Of a DNA stretch of 64,000 nucleotides, positions 25,901-40,900 are shown piece by piece; positions within the stretch are counted from its first letter, which is position 1, and each line of letters opens with the position of its first letter. The stretch is from assembly GCF_030144855.1 (NCBI RefSeq), contig NC_082713.1, positions 51,088,001 to 51,152,000 on the forward strand. Reading direction: 5' to 3'. The position numbers were made by a program, and so were the translations under genes. Source of the DNA: Hypanus sabinus (taxonomy: Eukaryota). The notes beneath the pieces are model-generated. The model ran no database searches, was not told the origin of the DNA, and saw only the letters and a program-made list of their open reading frames with translations.

Positions 25901-28900
25901 AGATGTCTCCTGTGGGAATGGCATTCATAGCATTGAAATACAACAAACAACAAGCTACATTGGGCTTGTATGTGGATAAGACAGGAGGGCCAGCATTGTG
26001 AGGCTGTGATTGAGACAACTACAATTTGATTGGAAATTCATCCACTATTTGCATGCCATTTACCCTGCAACAGAGTCAACTGAAAGCACATTAAGAAAGG
26101 TATTGGATGATGCCACAGCGGTGTTCAAGGAAGGTATCAAGAAACTCAAACATATTAAGGGTAAAATAGAGTTAAATAAAAATGCCACACCCATATTTTA
26201 CAATGCCCGTCCAGTTCCTTATACTGTCCATGATAAAGTAACCAGTGAGCTAGCTTGCATTGAGGCTGAAGGAATTCTTTCCAAGTTTGAGTGGAGACTG
26301 CAGGCAATGTCAATGGTCCTAATAGTGAAGAAGAATAGGTCTGTCAGGATCTCAGGATTTTAAGATCACCATCAACCAAGTACTAAAAGTAGATCAATAT
26401 GCTCTTCCTAGAATAGAAGAAATTTTTGCAAACCTTTTTGGCGGAAAACACTCACAAAGAGCTTTATTGTTATGATAAGCTTATTTTTGGAGTAGCATCT
26501 GCACCTGCACTCTGGCTGAAAGCTGTGAGTCAGGTGCTGCTAGGCTGCCCAGGCATTCAGCACCTGGATGACATCATGGTTCCCCGTAGACAAGGAACAT
26601 CTCCAAAATCTCAAGACAGTGTTAAAAAAAGATTAGATGATTGTGGGCTGAGAGCATGATGCAACAAGTGTGAATTCGTTAAACTAAACATCACTTACTC
26701 TGGTCATACTGTTGACACAAAAGAATTACAGAAGTGTGTTGAGAAAATTCAAGCAGTGGTCGATGCCCGAAGGGCAAAGAACTGTCATAGTTGTGGCCCT
26801 TTTTAGATTTGTCAATGACTAACAGGTTTCTGCCAAACCTGGCTACTGTGCTCCACTTGAACTTTTTACTAAGATTGGGAGAAATGGCAATGGACAAGGC
26901 AGTGTGATGTGGCTTTCCGAAAAGGTACAGTAAAAGGTGATGTCAGACATTCTTGCACATTATGATCCACATCCAGTGAAGCTTTCCATGTGCTATTCGA
27001 GATGTTAACACATCTAGAAGAAAGGTATACAGAGCTGTCAGAGCCAGTTCCTGCAGTCCCAGAGACATCTCTTGCAAACAACATGGAGGCCCCAAAACCT
27101 GGGATTGTTCCACAGCCACAACTCTCATGCCAATAGAGTGACTCCCCTTTTTGACTCCCACAAGAGTATGAAGTCTTCCACAGCAATTAAATCTTGGCCT
27201 GTAAAGTTATTGGCATGGATAGAAGAGTGGGTGTCTCTCAGGAGAAAAGTGGGAATAAAGAGGGCCTTTTCTGGGTGGCTGCTGGTGACTAGTCATGTTC
27301 CACAGGGGTCAGTATTGGGACCGCTTCTTTTCACATTCTATGTCACTGATTCGGATGACAGAATCGATGGCTTTGTAACCAAGTTTGCAGACAATATGAA
27401 GTGGAGGGGCAGGTTGTGTAGAGGAAGCTGGGAGTCTACTAAAGGACTTAGACAGATGGTGAAAATGGGCAAAGAAGTGGCAGATGGATTATAGTGTAGG
27501 GAAGTCTTTGGTAGGAGGAATAAAGGCAAAGGCTATTTTCTACTTGGAGAAACCACAAGTACAAAGGGCCTTGGGAGTCCTTGTGCAGGATTCCCCACAG
27601 GTTAACTTGCAGGTTTAGTTGGTGGTAAGGAAGGCAAATACAATGATAGCATTCATTTTGAGAGGACTAGAACATAAGAGCAAGGATGTAATGCTGAGGC
27701 TTTATAAAGCACTAATCAGACCACACTTGGAGTACTGTGAACAATTTTGGGACCCTTATTTAATATGATATGGTTAACATACAAGGAGCATTTGGCTCTG
27801 GGCTTGTACTCACTGGAATTTAGATGGGGGGATCTTATTGAAACCCATTGAATATTGAATGGCGTAGAGTGAATGAAAACAATCTGTATTCTATAGTGGA
27901 TGAGTCTAGGACCATATGGCACAGCCTCAGAATAGAGGGACATCCATTTAGAACAGAGGAATTTCTTTAGTCTGAGGGTGGTAAATCAGCCTTGATGGAA
28001 TGGCAGAACAGACTTGATGGGCCAAATGGCCAAATTCTTCTCATGTGTCTTATGGTCTTCCATATAAGTTATCCGATGATCGTTTTTATTTTGCATCAAC
28101 CCTTATGTCCTCTCTCTACTGATACTGTGATGGTTCTAGGTAATGTCTTCATAATTTAAAATACACACACTATACAAGTCATTTACCTGGAAAAGAATTA
28201 CAGGAGAAGTGTGGTGCACTGATATGTAATATGAATGAGTCATAGATTTTACACTAGCAGTAATGTTTCCTGATGAGAAAGGTATCAAGACTTAAAACAG
28301 TTGAAAGATTTTCATCTGTACTTGCAGGTTGACTGTTCAAGCTGCTAATAGCTTCTTTCCCTTGTGGAAATACTAACTCATTTTCTATTTATTTTCAGGA
28401 TGGCAGTGACGATGAGAGAAAGCACCAAAAATTGCTGGAGGCGATCAGTTCTCTCGGTGACAAAAAAAGGTAATGCAATCTAAAATGCTTATAAATGACA
28501 GTGAACACTGACATAACCTTCAAGTAACATGTTGCAATATTTTTAACACTACTAAACAATTAATTGACTTGACAGGCTACCAGTGTGATTGCTTCTATGA
28601 CACATTTTGTTAGAGAGTCTGAAATAAGATTATTAATCCATTACAGATAACATCCAAGGTGGTTCCATTTTAATTTGCCAGCTGCTATGTAAAGCAATGT
28701 ACAATTGTATTTATATTATTTCATTGCATATTTAGAAAAGGGAATAAATATTCAATCCTATACAACTGTTTTTTTTTGTTATTAATATATGTTCATTTAT
28801 CAAAGTGGATCACTATTCTGAGCAATGTTTCTCAAACTGGGATGACAACTTCTTGCCCTAATATAATTATGCATGTTCCTCGTTCTCAATTCTGATTCAG

Positions 28901-31900
28901 GAAGAAGAAAGCAGAGAGAACAGAAGCTAGTTTGCAGATTTCAGAGTTCACTGTCAGTTCAGAAGGTACGGTGCTCTGTGATTTTTCTGCCTTTAGCTTC
29001 TGTAATACTAATACTAATGCATTGATCTTTTATTTTCTTTTGATTCTATTGGTTTCCTTTATCTCCTTTTCAGATGAATTCCCTGTTTTTCTTCAGTGCC
29101 CCCGGCTGTAGTTTCCCAAAGTTCTTTCTTTGCTGCAACCAAGAATAGAAACATGTAAAATTCATTTAAATCCTGGTTTTGTTTTCTTACTAGGACTGGA
29201 GAATTGTTGCTATAATACTGGGCTATTTATGGGGTTTTTTGGGGACAGGAAGACTGAAGGGAGAATTAGATGCGGTGTATAAATCTGAACGGCCTAAATG
29301 AACAAAATGAAATTACCCCCTTTCCATAGCGGTGAGGTCTAAAACTAGGAGACATAGATTTAAAGTAATTGGTAAAACATTTACATTAAAGGCAAGGGTA
29401 ACATTTTGAAAAAAATGTTGCTTGTGAAGGTAGTGAGTACAGAAGCCTTAACCAGTTTGAGGAGCCTGGACCTGAGATTAGGCTAGGCAGATAGTTTTTG
29501 ACTGCATAGGCATGATGAGTCAAATGGCTGGCTTCTGTCTGATAAATTTTCAGTGATTTAAAAAGGGGTTTGCCTTCAAGACCCATGTTATGCATTAACT
29601 GAAAGGCCAGGCAAAAACTTGTAACAGAGGCCCATTATAATTATTCCCAAAACATGAGTGAGATTGGCTTTATTTTATTAACCAACTATTTGTTGCTTCC
29701 TTGAAAGGCATAACAGTGCTTGGAAGATTTGTGGGAAAACATACTTAATGTTTTCTTTGAAAAGACATAATTTGCTCTAGTTCAGATTGAGGACATAGGG
29801 AATTTTCTGCATGGCCCATTTAACCTTATTTATCATGAACAAATATTTATAACTTCTATGAAGTTCATCTTTTGTTCAGTATTTTATACTTTCCGAGAAG
29901 AATCATCTCCATAACCTTAGAATGCCAGGCTTCACAGGGATTGATGGTATCTCTTGGTAGCTGTACTTTATCAGGTTTTTTTTTGTGATCATTGCTTTCA
30001 CTGTGATTCAAGCACCTGTCATTCTCTTTCATTAATTAGAAATGCAGACTGAGTCAAACAATGCCAGATCATGTACAGAAAGCAAAATTAAAAGGGAGAA
30101 AGAAAGATGGGATTAATTGCAATAAAATATGGAATCAAAGTAAGAAAAAAGAGATCTGTTTTATCTTTAGCAACATTTAGTAATCAAGAGATCCCATGTC
30201 TTAGGTCATTTTAAAATGCCAAAGAGGTAGTTTGTCAGTAATTAAGATGTAACAGTTTCATAAAAATCATTTGGAATTGAATGGATGAACCCCAGCTTTC
30301 TGGGTAGAATATGTTTTGTACAGTATCTGAGAACATATATCCAAAAATACAATGCATTTACTCTATTATAATGTTTTTGGTAGCTATATCATAAGTAAGA
30401 TTAGTTAATTATTTACTCTTTAGCTTAGTATGACTGAAAATTATTAATTGCATTACTCATCTCCCAACATTTTCCAGGTACTAATGAGAAGATTGAGCTC
30501 TCAGATTTGGTGGGAACCATCCAACCATCCTCTTCCTCTTTGAACAAAGTGAAAAAGCAGCTCACGAAATTTGAGAAAACAAACAAGCCACTGGATTTAC
30601 CCCTCAATAAACAGCAAAGTGAAAAGGTGAATTAATTTAGGGTTCATATAGTGTATGGCAAAGACACAGATAAATGTTGCTTTTTGAATTTTAATGAGTT
30701 TTGTACTTTTGAGTCAAGCAGAGTAAGTGGCAAGTGAAGAAATTGTGAATGCAAAGTTTAGATTTCTATGGAAAAGGTACAGTGAGAAATCCAGAGTAAA
30801 ATAAAGTATCTATTTGGAGAAGAATCATTTTCAGTAGCTTGTAGACATGCCTGGCCAAGGTAAATTGAAATCAAAAATTAATGACAAAGCTAACTTAATC
30901 CAAAGTACTGTAGATGCTGGAAAACTGGAGAGAGAAGTATACTGATACTTTTGGTAGGAAGAACAAAGAGAACAAATGAAGTATGAAGGGTACAGTTCTA
31001 AAGTGGGTTGAGGAACAGTAGCTTGCCAGTATGTTTGTACAAACACTTGACGATCACTGAGGAGACAGGTGCTGAAAAGACATATAGGATTGTGGGCTTG
31101 AGAAGTGGTATGATGTGTAAGTGAGTATGATATGAAACACTGTTTGCCTACAGCTTGAGTACTGAATCCAAATCTGGACAGCACTATTTAAAAGATAATA
31201 TGAAAGATTTAGTGAGGATGCAAAATATTCATCTGACTAGATTTAGAGTAATCAATTAGATAGAGATGCCAAGTATGTTTTTCGTAGAACCACGAAGTTG
31301 AGATATTATTTGCAAAAATGGTCAAAATCATGAAAGGACTATGTAAAGTAAATGCAGCAAAACTGTTTACATTGATAGAAAAGGAACGTTTTTAAGATCT
31401 TTTTTTAAAGAAGGTCAAGGGCAACATAAAGAAAAAATCCCCAAAAAAAGTAATCTTTTAAAAAAAAAAAGGATTTGATCTTGGAGGAAACAAGGGACTT
31501 TAGGAAAATAGCCAGAAAATGATTTTTTATGGTTTGTTCTTCTGAATACGTGACGTGCGTTGATGTGGGAGGAACAGTAAAGGTGTCAAAGGTTATGGGG
31601 AGAAGGCAGGAGAATGGGGTTAAGAGGGATAATAAATCAGTCATGATGGATCGATGGAGCAGACTCAATGGGCCCCATTGCCTAAATCTGCTCCTATGTC
31701 TATGGTCTTATAATTGCAGCACTTTGTAATAATAATTGTATGCTTCTCTTGAAAGGTTCAAAGGACATTAGCATATGAGAAAACAACAAAGGAGATTACG
31801 AGATGGGATCATGTAGTGCGACAGAACCGGAAAGCAGACCAGCTCACCTTTCCACTAAACAAGGAACAACTCACTGTCAAGCCGGTGGAGGAAGTGATGG

Positions 31901-34900
31901 CAAACTGGAAGGTATAGTTTGGCTCATGGTCCATACTCTGTATGCTGCAGGATATATTGCATTGATCAGCATAAGTGTAAGTTCCCGCATTCATGTGTGT
32001 TGCTTTTGATACTCACTGTTTGGATAGGCTTAAATTACAGCCACTGAATAATAAAACATTTTGGTGCATAGAGGGTATGGTGGCACTGAAATTATAGACA
32101 GAAATCCAAACATAAATTATCCCAAAAATGGATTTTGCATATAGGAAAGTTAGTTTCAGAAATGCAAGCTTTTTGGGAGTTATGGAATAGGGATAACAGT
32201 AATAAAAAATACCTCCAGTGTTCCTAAAAAGTCAGTCTTATACATAACCTACCCACAGTAATTAAACACATTATCTATTATGAATGCAGCTGTCAGATCA
32301 CAGCAGGAGGCCAGTTAAGAAATTTATTTTGGAAACTGACAGGACAGTTTCTTCTATTGTAAAATATTTTATCACACCATGTAACATCATTGATTCTTTA
32401 AGGCCATCAAAACTAGCCATTGGATGTGCAACATTCATTATAACTACACAGAGGAAGACAGTAATTAGTCATCCATGTTAATCGACTTATCGAAATTGGT
32501 ATGGAAAAATCAGTTTTCGGATATTTCTTAGCAACAGAAACCTTGTGTAGCCTGGGGACTATCTATAACTTTGATGTAACCAGATATATATATATCTGAT
32601 AGTGGAATTTCCCACAATGAGTCTTTACATAAGGGTTCCATAAGAGTGGAATGGCTATCTGCCTTTCATAAACCACAGACTAGCATTGAATAATTTCATT
32701 GATGCTGTATTCCAATCCTGTTGTCTGACTCATTATCTATTTCATTATTATTCTTTGCATCCATCATTTGCCTTCAAATAATTTGTTAAAGACACATAGT
32801 CTAGGAAGCAGTTAGTATTTATAATTTCTAGTCTATATAACCACATTTCACCCAATTCCCTGTTAACTATGTTAGCGTCTTAAATCAGAGATACTGTTAT
32901 TGTTGTTTTTACTTGTTGTAGCAACCATCATTTTTATGTGATCACAATAGTAATAATTTTGAAAGAATTCTAGATAAGCCTCAAAGTTTATGTAGATTTC
33001 CATAATTGCAATTTGGGGTATAACTCATTTAATGTTATCTCCAAATTTCAATAATAATCTCTTAATTTTTACATCTGAAGCATTTGTGTATTGAGTGAAT
33101 AAGTTACATCTTAATCTCTGGAACAATATCCACTATGTTTTTCCCAATATATCCACTATATTTTGCTTTTATGCTTTGGTTTCTGTTCTGTATTCAATTG
33201 GCAACATTACCTGTAGTTCCACAGTTGCTTAAGCCAGTTTTGCTTTGCAACACAAACGTAAATTGTTGCTTAAGGGACAGGAAGGAGCTTTTTGAAAATA
33301 AGTTTTCAGATGAATGTTCCTTGATTGTGTTGTCTTCATTTCAGGCACGGACACCCTTAGAACAGGAAGTTTTTAACTTGCTTCACAAAAACAAGCAACC
33401 GGTAACTATGCCTTTTGTGACTGCTCGGGAACAGGCTTCAATGCGAGCTATGTGTCTGGAGGAGGTATGTTTCATGCTTTAATTTGCATACTTGTTCTTT
33501 CATAGATGTTATATCACATGCATACTGTTTTCTCACCATAGGATGATGTAGATTAGACTTCCATTTTCAAATTTTGGAGAGGTGTCCAAATACTCGTGTG
33601 CTGCTGTGCAGAACACAATACTCTAGGACTGAAGTACAGACTGAATTAACAATATCACCAAGAAAGACCAAAGGATTAAGGATATGAGGAATAGAAAAAT
33701 ATTACACTGTTCAGTGGGAGGTGATTTTTTTTTGCTAAAAGAAAGGAAGTTTCACTAAAAGTTACAAAGAAGAAAGGTTTACCTTGATCATGGAGTTCTA
33801 AAATTATGCAGCACAAGTAAGTTTCATTATGCAAGAAGAGTTAAATGGCCAAATCCCATTGTCCAGCTCTTGATTTGTTGCTTTGTATATTTGTGTACAT
33901 TAATATCTCTCTTGCAGCTCTCCTCACACATAGCTCAGAGAAGAGAGGCTGCCTATGAAGCCTAATATTGGGAGAGTCAAGCAAAACATATGACTGTTCA
34001 CTGCTGTAACAATAAAGGAGCTTTCAGGCTCGGGTGAGCATTGTAGCTAAATAGATGGAAGCAATAGCTTCCATCATATTTGACAGGAGTTGATGAGTGA
34101 ATCTGCAGACTCTGGATGATATATGGAACAGGTTCAGTCAGGTTCCAAAATCTCAGATATGAATGACTGCACTATTTGCCCCAAATCACCCATGCCAAAC
34201 CATGGATCACTCTGCTGCCGGAGCACAGGGCTTCAAGAAGATTTTCAGCCACAGTGATTTGTGCAAAATTCTGTTTTAGCAGCCCATAGCCCAGGGGTGG
34301 GCAAACTTTTTGACTTGTGGGCCACAAAGGGTTCTAAAATTTGACAGGGGGGCCGGACCAGGAGCAGATGGACGGAGTGTTTTAGTAATACACCTCATAA
34401 GACAAAATAAAATATCATGGGGTATGTAGAAAACATGTGCTTTAATTTCAATTGAAAATGAACAAATGCATTACAACAAAATATCTGTCTTTGAAGTCCC
34501 ATGGTATTTAGCTATTTATTGAAATGACTTTTAAAACACTGAAAATTAAATGAATAAAATACAGCTTTTTTTTAATAGAAACAGTTATTATTTTAAAGCA
34601 CTGAAAATTCTGTTATCCTTCAAGATATTATCATCATCACTCTCCTCCTGACTGTCTTTATTTCAAAAACGGTAGGAGATGCAGGTCTGCTTGTCCTGCT
34701 CCTTCTTATTCAATTGTCCCCTGTGCCAAAACTCAACAACGACCAGCACAAAGACAGAACAGTGACAGCGCGCCAGTATGCGGAGCGCGTAATTTGATCT
34801 TTAGCGCATTTTTTATTTTGAGAACGTACATGCACCTGCGCACTACTCATGTCCATCACTGAACAGAAATGACATGTAACATGTAAGGCTTATTGAAAAA

Positions 34901-37900
34901 AATATTTTCAAATGCATTTTTTACATAACACAACGAAGAAACTTATTTTTAATTTCAGTGGGAACAGTGTTGTTGGTCTCCCTTTTTAGCCAGCGCATCA
35001 AAGTCTGGATTTAGTTTTGTTGTGGCAATTCTCAGGATGGATCTGAGGTGTTGGTCAGTTAACTTGGATCTGTGGCTGGCTTTGTTGGTGTTCATGACGC
35101 TGAACGCCTGTTCACACAAATAGGTCGAGCCGAACAAAGAGTAAAGCGCAAATGTGGAGTAATACGCTGCACCTCAACAAAGGTCAATGTGTAGCGGTGT
35201 GCTACATGCAGCGCTAAAATTACGACACGGAGTCGGTAGTCGAAGAAAAAAACTTTATTCGAAATCCCCAGCCTCACTTTTAAGCCTCCCTCAACCTGCC
35301 CCCCTGCGCAGAGGCTCCAAAGCTCTGTGCTCGCAAATCCCCGCAGGCTATCTCCCTTAGCCGGATCGCTGGCTAATTGTGAGCCGGTTCGGATGTGCCA
35401 GGAAATGGGTCGCCACAAATGTATATAGTGTGTCATCTATTGGGAAAACGCCAGAATTGTGGGGAAAAAACATTAACAAGGTTTATTAATATAATTTCAT
35501 CAAGTTCTGCGGGCCGGATTAAAAAGCTTAACGGGCCGTAGTTTGCCCATGCCTGCCATAGCCCTTGCCAATGTCTTTCTAAAATGCGGGTTGGGGTGGG
35601 GGGGGGAGTGCGTATTTGGTTTGGAGGTCTTAAGAGCACTTGACCAGCATTCTGCAGTGGCACTCAAAGTATAAGTGGATGTATATTACAGTGTGATGAC
35701 AGTTTCTTCCTCTACTATCCTGTTTTTATTCCAAGCACTAATTTGAATTTCAGTTATAGTTTTTCCTCAACTCCCCTCTAATTCTTCTACCTTTTACATT
35801 TTAAACTACTTTATCCTTCTTACACATTCAAAGTAAGCTTCAAGTAGGTTTGTGTAAATGATTATATTTCCTTTGGCCTTGTCCATTTCAAAGTAAACAA
35901 CACTGCTTCTCTCCTCATAATTAAAAAATTTTAGTTTCCTTGTGGTATCCTTATAGGAGTGGTCACCAACCTTTTTAAGCCCAAGATCCACTACCTCAGC
36001 CTTTGTGAACGGCAAGATCGACTCCAAATTGATTAGTCACACGCATGCACAGTGAGGCAGAAAAGACCGGAAGTAAAACCCCGCAACCGGGAAGTAGAAA
36101 TAATGTATAAGCACCAGGGGTACCCACCCTTTTTTGGACAGTGGACCAGTTTAATATTGACAATATTCTTGCAGACCGGGGGGGGGGGTGTTAAAGACGA
36201 CCTTCATGGCTCTCGGCACTTAGCTGCTGTCCCGCCCTGCTCACTTATTTGCTAAACCACAATGGTGCCACCACTGATCCCTGAAGGACACCACTAGATA
36301 CAGAGATCGTGAAAGCAACTCTAATCATTACCCTCTACCTTCTATTACTATTTTGGATGCAGTTTACCAACATATGGTATCTTGGATCCCACATGTCCTA
36401 CATTCAGGACCAGCTTAACGACAGGGATTATGTCAAAAGCCTTGCTGGTTTTAAGCCCAATCCTTTATCTGCCTTATTTGGTATTGTTGAGGAAGGAACT
36501 ATAATTTTGGAGCCTTCTTATTCGTGGGTACTGGCTTTTATTTCTCTTATGGCTAGGAGGGTGATCTTGCTTAAGTGGAAGGAGATTGCCCCCACCACAC
36601 ATGCTCAATGGTTATGTGATGTTATGTCATGTTCAAATCTAGAGAAGATTCATTGTTTGCTTTCCAATTGTAACCAAGATTTTCAAAGATTATGAGGACC
36701 CTTTCTGAACTATTTTAAAAATCTTTGAATTGTTATTATAATATAAATCTGGGCTATTATTATAAAATACTATATGGTAAAGTACTCTTCTTTTTCTCTT
36801 GTTTTTCTTTCTCCAACCAGCTTTGTCTTGGTAGGGGGTGTAGATTTTTTTTAATATAATATAATTAACCATATTAGTACATTTCATCATTCAATTTATT
36901 TTATTTGATAGATCATCAATATGGGATACTGTGATTATATCACTGTGATTTATATATAGTGCATTTTGTGTTATCTTATTTTGATTTATAATAAGTATCC
37001 TTATGAACTCTGTATTTGTGTATATGAAATACAATAAAAATACTGGAAGAAGAAAGAAAAGCCTTGCTGAAGCTATCACTCCATAAATTTCAAGAGTAAA
37101 AAAACATCTGTGCCATCTTTCCAACTGTACATTCATCTACATTGTCCTTGTACTTTTGTACTCACAACCACAGGACGCTGGAAGTTATTTGGAGACTACG
37201 TTTGTGATCCTATATCATTTTTCACCTGCAGAATTTCCTCCCTCTCTTTGCCTTTGAGACATGAACCAAGATCATTGGCAGTGAACTACTTCCCTGCTAC
37301 CTCAGAAAGTTCTGCATCTATTCAGTAATATCCTTAACCTTGGCATCAGGGAATTAACATCCAGGAGTTGATTTTTACTAGAGAAACCATTGGCTGTTCT
37401 CCCAACAATTAACTCTCCAACTCTATTGCTGCCCTATCCAGTGCCCTTTTTTTTCTCATCAGCTAAACATTGTTTCTATATCTGTATAATCATGCAACTA
37501 AATTTGTTGTTTTGTACTGCCTGTCTCAGTCAATGCAGCCCAAAGAAACATCACATCTTGTATGTTTTCTACTAGTTTCCATAAAGAAAAAAGCTATGTT
37601 ACTTAAATAAGTTAACCAAGATGATTTGTTCACCCATTCAGAGTTAATGCACTGACTCAGTAAGTTCCAATGATCAACTTTCCATCCTTTAAGATGACTA
37701 TTTTGGGAAATAATCAAAGGGTAGAAGCATTGTTTACCAGCTTTACTTTAAAGCTTCACAACACTTGTGCAAGTTATGAATGGACGCTTCCTTTTCACCA
37801 TCTCACCCATGTGCTTCTTGTCAGCGCCTACCAAGCTTGACAATGCAATTTAATTTAATCAGACAGATAAGCTGCCTGTGGAGGTGAATGTGATTGTTTA

Positions 37901-40900
37901 GATGGGACGGCACTTAAGACTTGCAGTCTGAACAAGAATTATTGGTATCATTTGGTTCTGAAAATAAAACTCGGCTTGATTCTAAATGCACTTTTCTTGT
38001 TTTACTTAAGGCACGAGAACGTCGAGCTGAGCTGCAGAAAGCAAGAGCCCTTCAGTCATATTATGAAGCTAGAATGAAAAGGGCAAAGAAAATCAAGAGC
38101 AAAAAGTAAGAGTTGCAGTTTCAGAATTAGTTTCTTTAATTGAAAAAAAACTCATTCCTTGTTGATAATGAGCCTGATCTTATTAGACCTGTGCATGTTA
38201 TAGTCATACTATATGGAAACAGGCATGTCAGACTACCATGTACTCATTTGTATTAATCCTATCTTCCAGCACTTGTTCCATAGCCTTCTATACCTGAGCA
38301 ATTCAAGTACTCAACTAAGCACCTTTTAAATGCTTTTAGTGACTCTGTTTTCATCAGTACATTCCAGGTACTCACCACTTTCTGGGTGAGAAAGCTTCTC
38401 AAACAACCTCTAAATTTGTAACTCCTTACCCTAGCTTTATGTCCTTCAGTTTTATTCATCTCTCATAGAGGAAAAGTTTCCTGCTGCTTACTCTGTACTT
38501 CTCTTTCATTATTTTTATATACCTCAATAATGTTCCTTATTAACTTCCTCTTCTAAAGGGAAAACCGGCCTCACCTCTCAAGTCTCTCCTAAAAACTGAA
38601 ATGCCCAATCCCAGGAAACACCCTGATGAATCTCCCATGAACCCTCTCCAATGCTATCACACCCATCCTATGTTGTGTTGACCAGAAATGCACACAGTAC
38701 TCCAGTCTGACCTATGTTTTAGAAAAGTTGAAGTGTAAATTCCACACCCTTGAACCCCAGTATCTTGACTAGTGAAAGTCAATATCATATATTTCTTCTT
38801 AACCATATCACTTACCTGCACTCACAAAATGCTGGTGGAACACAGCAGGCCAGCCAACATCTGTAAGGAGAAGCACTGTCGACGTTTCGGGCTGAGACCC
38901 TTCATCAGTCCTGACAATTGTGAGGTCGACAGTGCTTCTCCTTGTAGATGCTGCCTGGCCTGCTGTGTTCCACCAGCATTTTGTGTGTGTTGTTTGAATT
39001 TCCAGCATCTGCAGATTTCCTCGAGTTTGCACTTACCTGCACTGCCACCTTCCAGGGTTTTTGGACTTGTGCACAATAGTCCCTTGATGTGACAAATTAA
39101 ATCAGAGTGCAAATTAGTGTTCCTGATCAGGCAGTAATAGAGGGCCAACAGTGTAATGAAGGCTTAATGCCAGATGACTATGGTCTTTTCTGTTGGATGC
39201 CAGATTCTACACCCATGTTGTGTAGTTTGAAGATCTGATGGAATCCCAGGGGTCCAGGTCCTTCTAATTTGAGCTTGAATCCATGTAGATTGAATCACAT
39301 TTACACAGTTATAGGGATCATTGATGCACATTTTTTTCATATTTCTGCATATCTTTAGATATTTTTGGTCAATATTTTCCACAAACGTAGAATGATAATT
39401 CAGTATCTGAAGGACTACGACTCTATAGATTAAACAATTCAAACTAGAGCAGAGGTTTATTTGCAGTCATTAACAATTATCAAGTCATTAAAAAGATTCT
39501 TCGAAGGCTGGCTACAAGATTTATAGTGAGTTTGATAGACTGCCCATTAAGTAACCTAAGTCTGAAGTAGAGAATGTCATGGAAGAGTACAGTGCAGAAA
39601 TAGGTCATTTGGCCCATCTGGTCCATGCCAAACATTTAAATTGTCTACTCCCATCGACCTGCACCTGGACCATAGCCCTCCATATCCTTACCATCCACAT
39701 ATGTATGCTTGTTCCACACTCACGACCCTCTGAGTGAAGTAATTTCCTGTTGTTCTCTTTAAACTTTTCACCTTTCACCCTTAACCAATGACTTCTATTT
39801 GTAGTCCCACCCAACCTCAGTGGAAAAAAGCATGCTTTCATTTACCATTTCTATACCCCTCATAATTTTGTATGCCTCTATCAGATTTTTCCTTATAACT
39901 CAGGTCCACCACTTTCAATGAATTATATACCTGTATTCCTAGATCCCTTTGCTGTACTGCACTCCTCAGTGTCCTACCCTGGTTGGTCCTCCCACAATGC
40001 AACACCTCACAATTGTCTACATTAAGTTCCATCTGCCATTTTCAGCCCATTTTTCCAGCTAGTTCAGATCCCTCTGCAAGCTTTGATAGTCTTCCTTGCT
40101 GTCCACTACATCCCCAATCTTGGTGTCATCCACAAACTTGCTGATCCAGTTAACCATATTATCATCCAGATCATAGATATAGATGACAAACAAAGCACTG
40201 GTTCTGTGGTACTCAGCTAGTCTAATCAGAAAGGCAACCATTTGGTACCACTCTCTGGCTTTTCCCCATAAAGCCAATGACTAATCCAATATTCTACCTC
40301 ATTTTGAATGCCGAGTGACTTCCATTCTGGACCTTGTCAAAGGCCTTGGAAAGTCCAAGTAGACAACCTCCACTGCCTTGCCTTCATCAACTATCCTGGT
40401 AACTTTCTCGAAAAACCCTATAAGGTTGGTTGGACATGACCTACCACACACAAAGCCATGCTGACTATCTCTAATCAGTCCATGTCAATCCAAATACTCA
40501 TATCCAGTTCCTTAGAAAACTTTATAACAACTTTCCCATTACTAATGTCAGGCTCACCAGGCTATAATTTCCTAGTTTATTCTTAAAGAATGGAACAACA
40601 TTAACTATCCTCCAATCCTCCGGTACCTCACCTGTTACAAATGATTTAAATGTCTCTGCTAGGGCCCCTGCAATTTCTGCACTTACCTCCCAAAGGATCC
40701 AAGGGAACATCTTGTCAAGGCCCTGGGGATTTATCAACTCTTAATTTGCCTCAAGATTATAAAGACCACCTCCTCTATAATCTATATAGGGTCCATGACC
40801 TCACTGCTGCTTTGTCTGCCTTCTATAGACTCTGTGTCTGTCTCCTGAGTAAATACAGATGCAAAAAAAAAACTCAATTTGAGACCTCCCCCATCTATTT

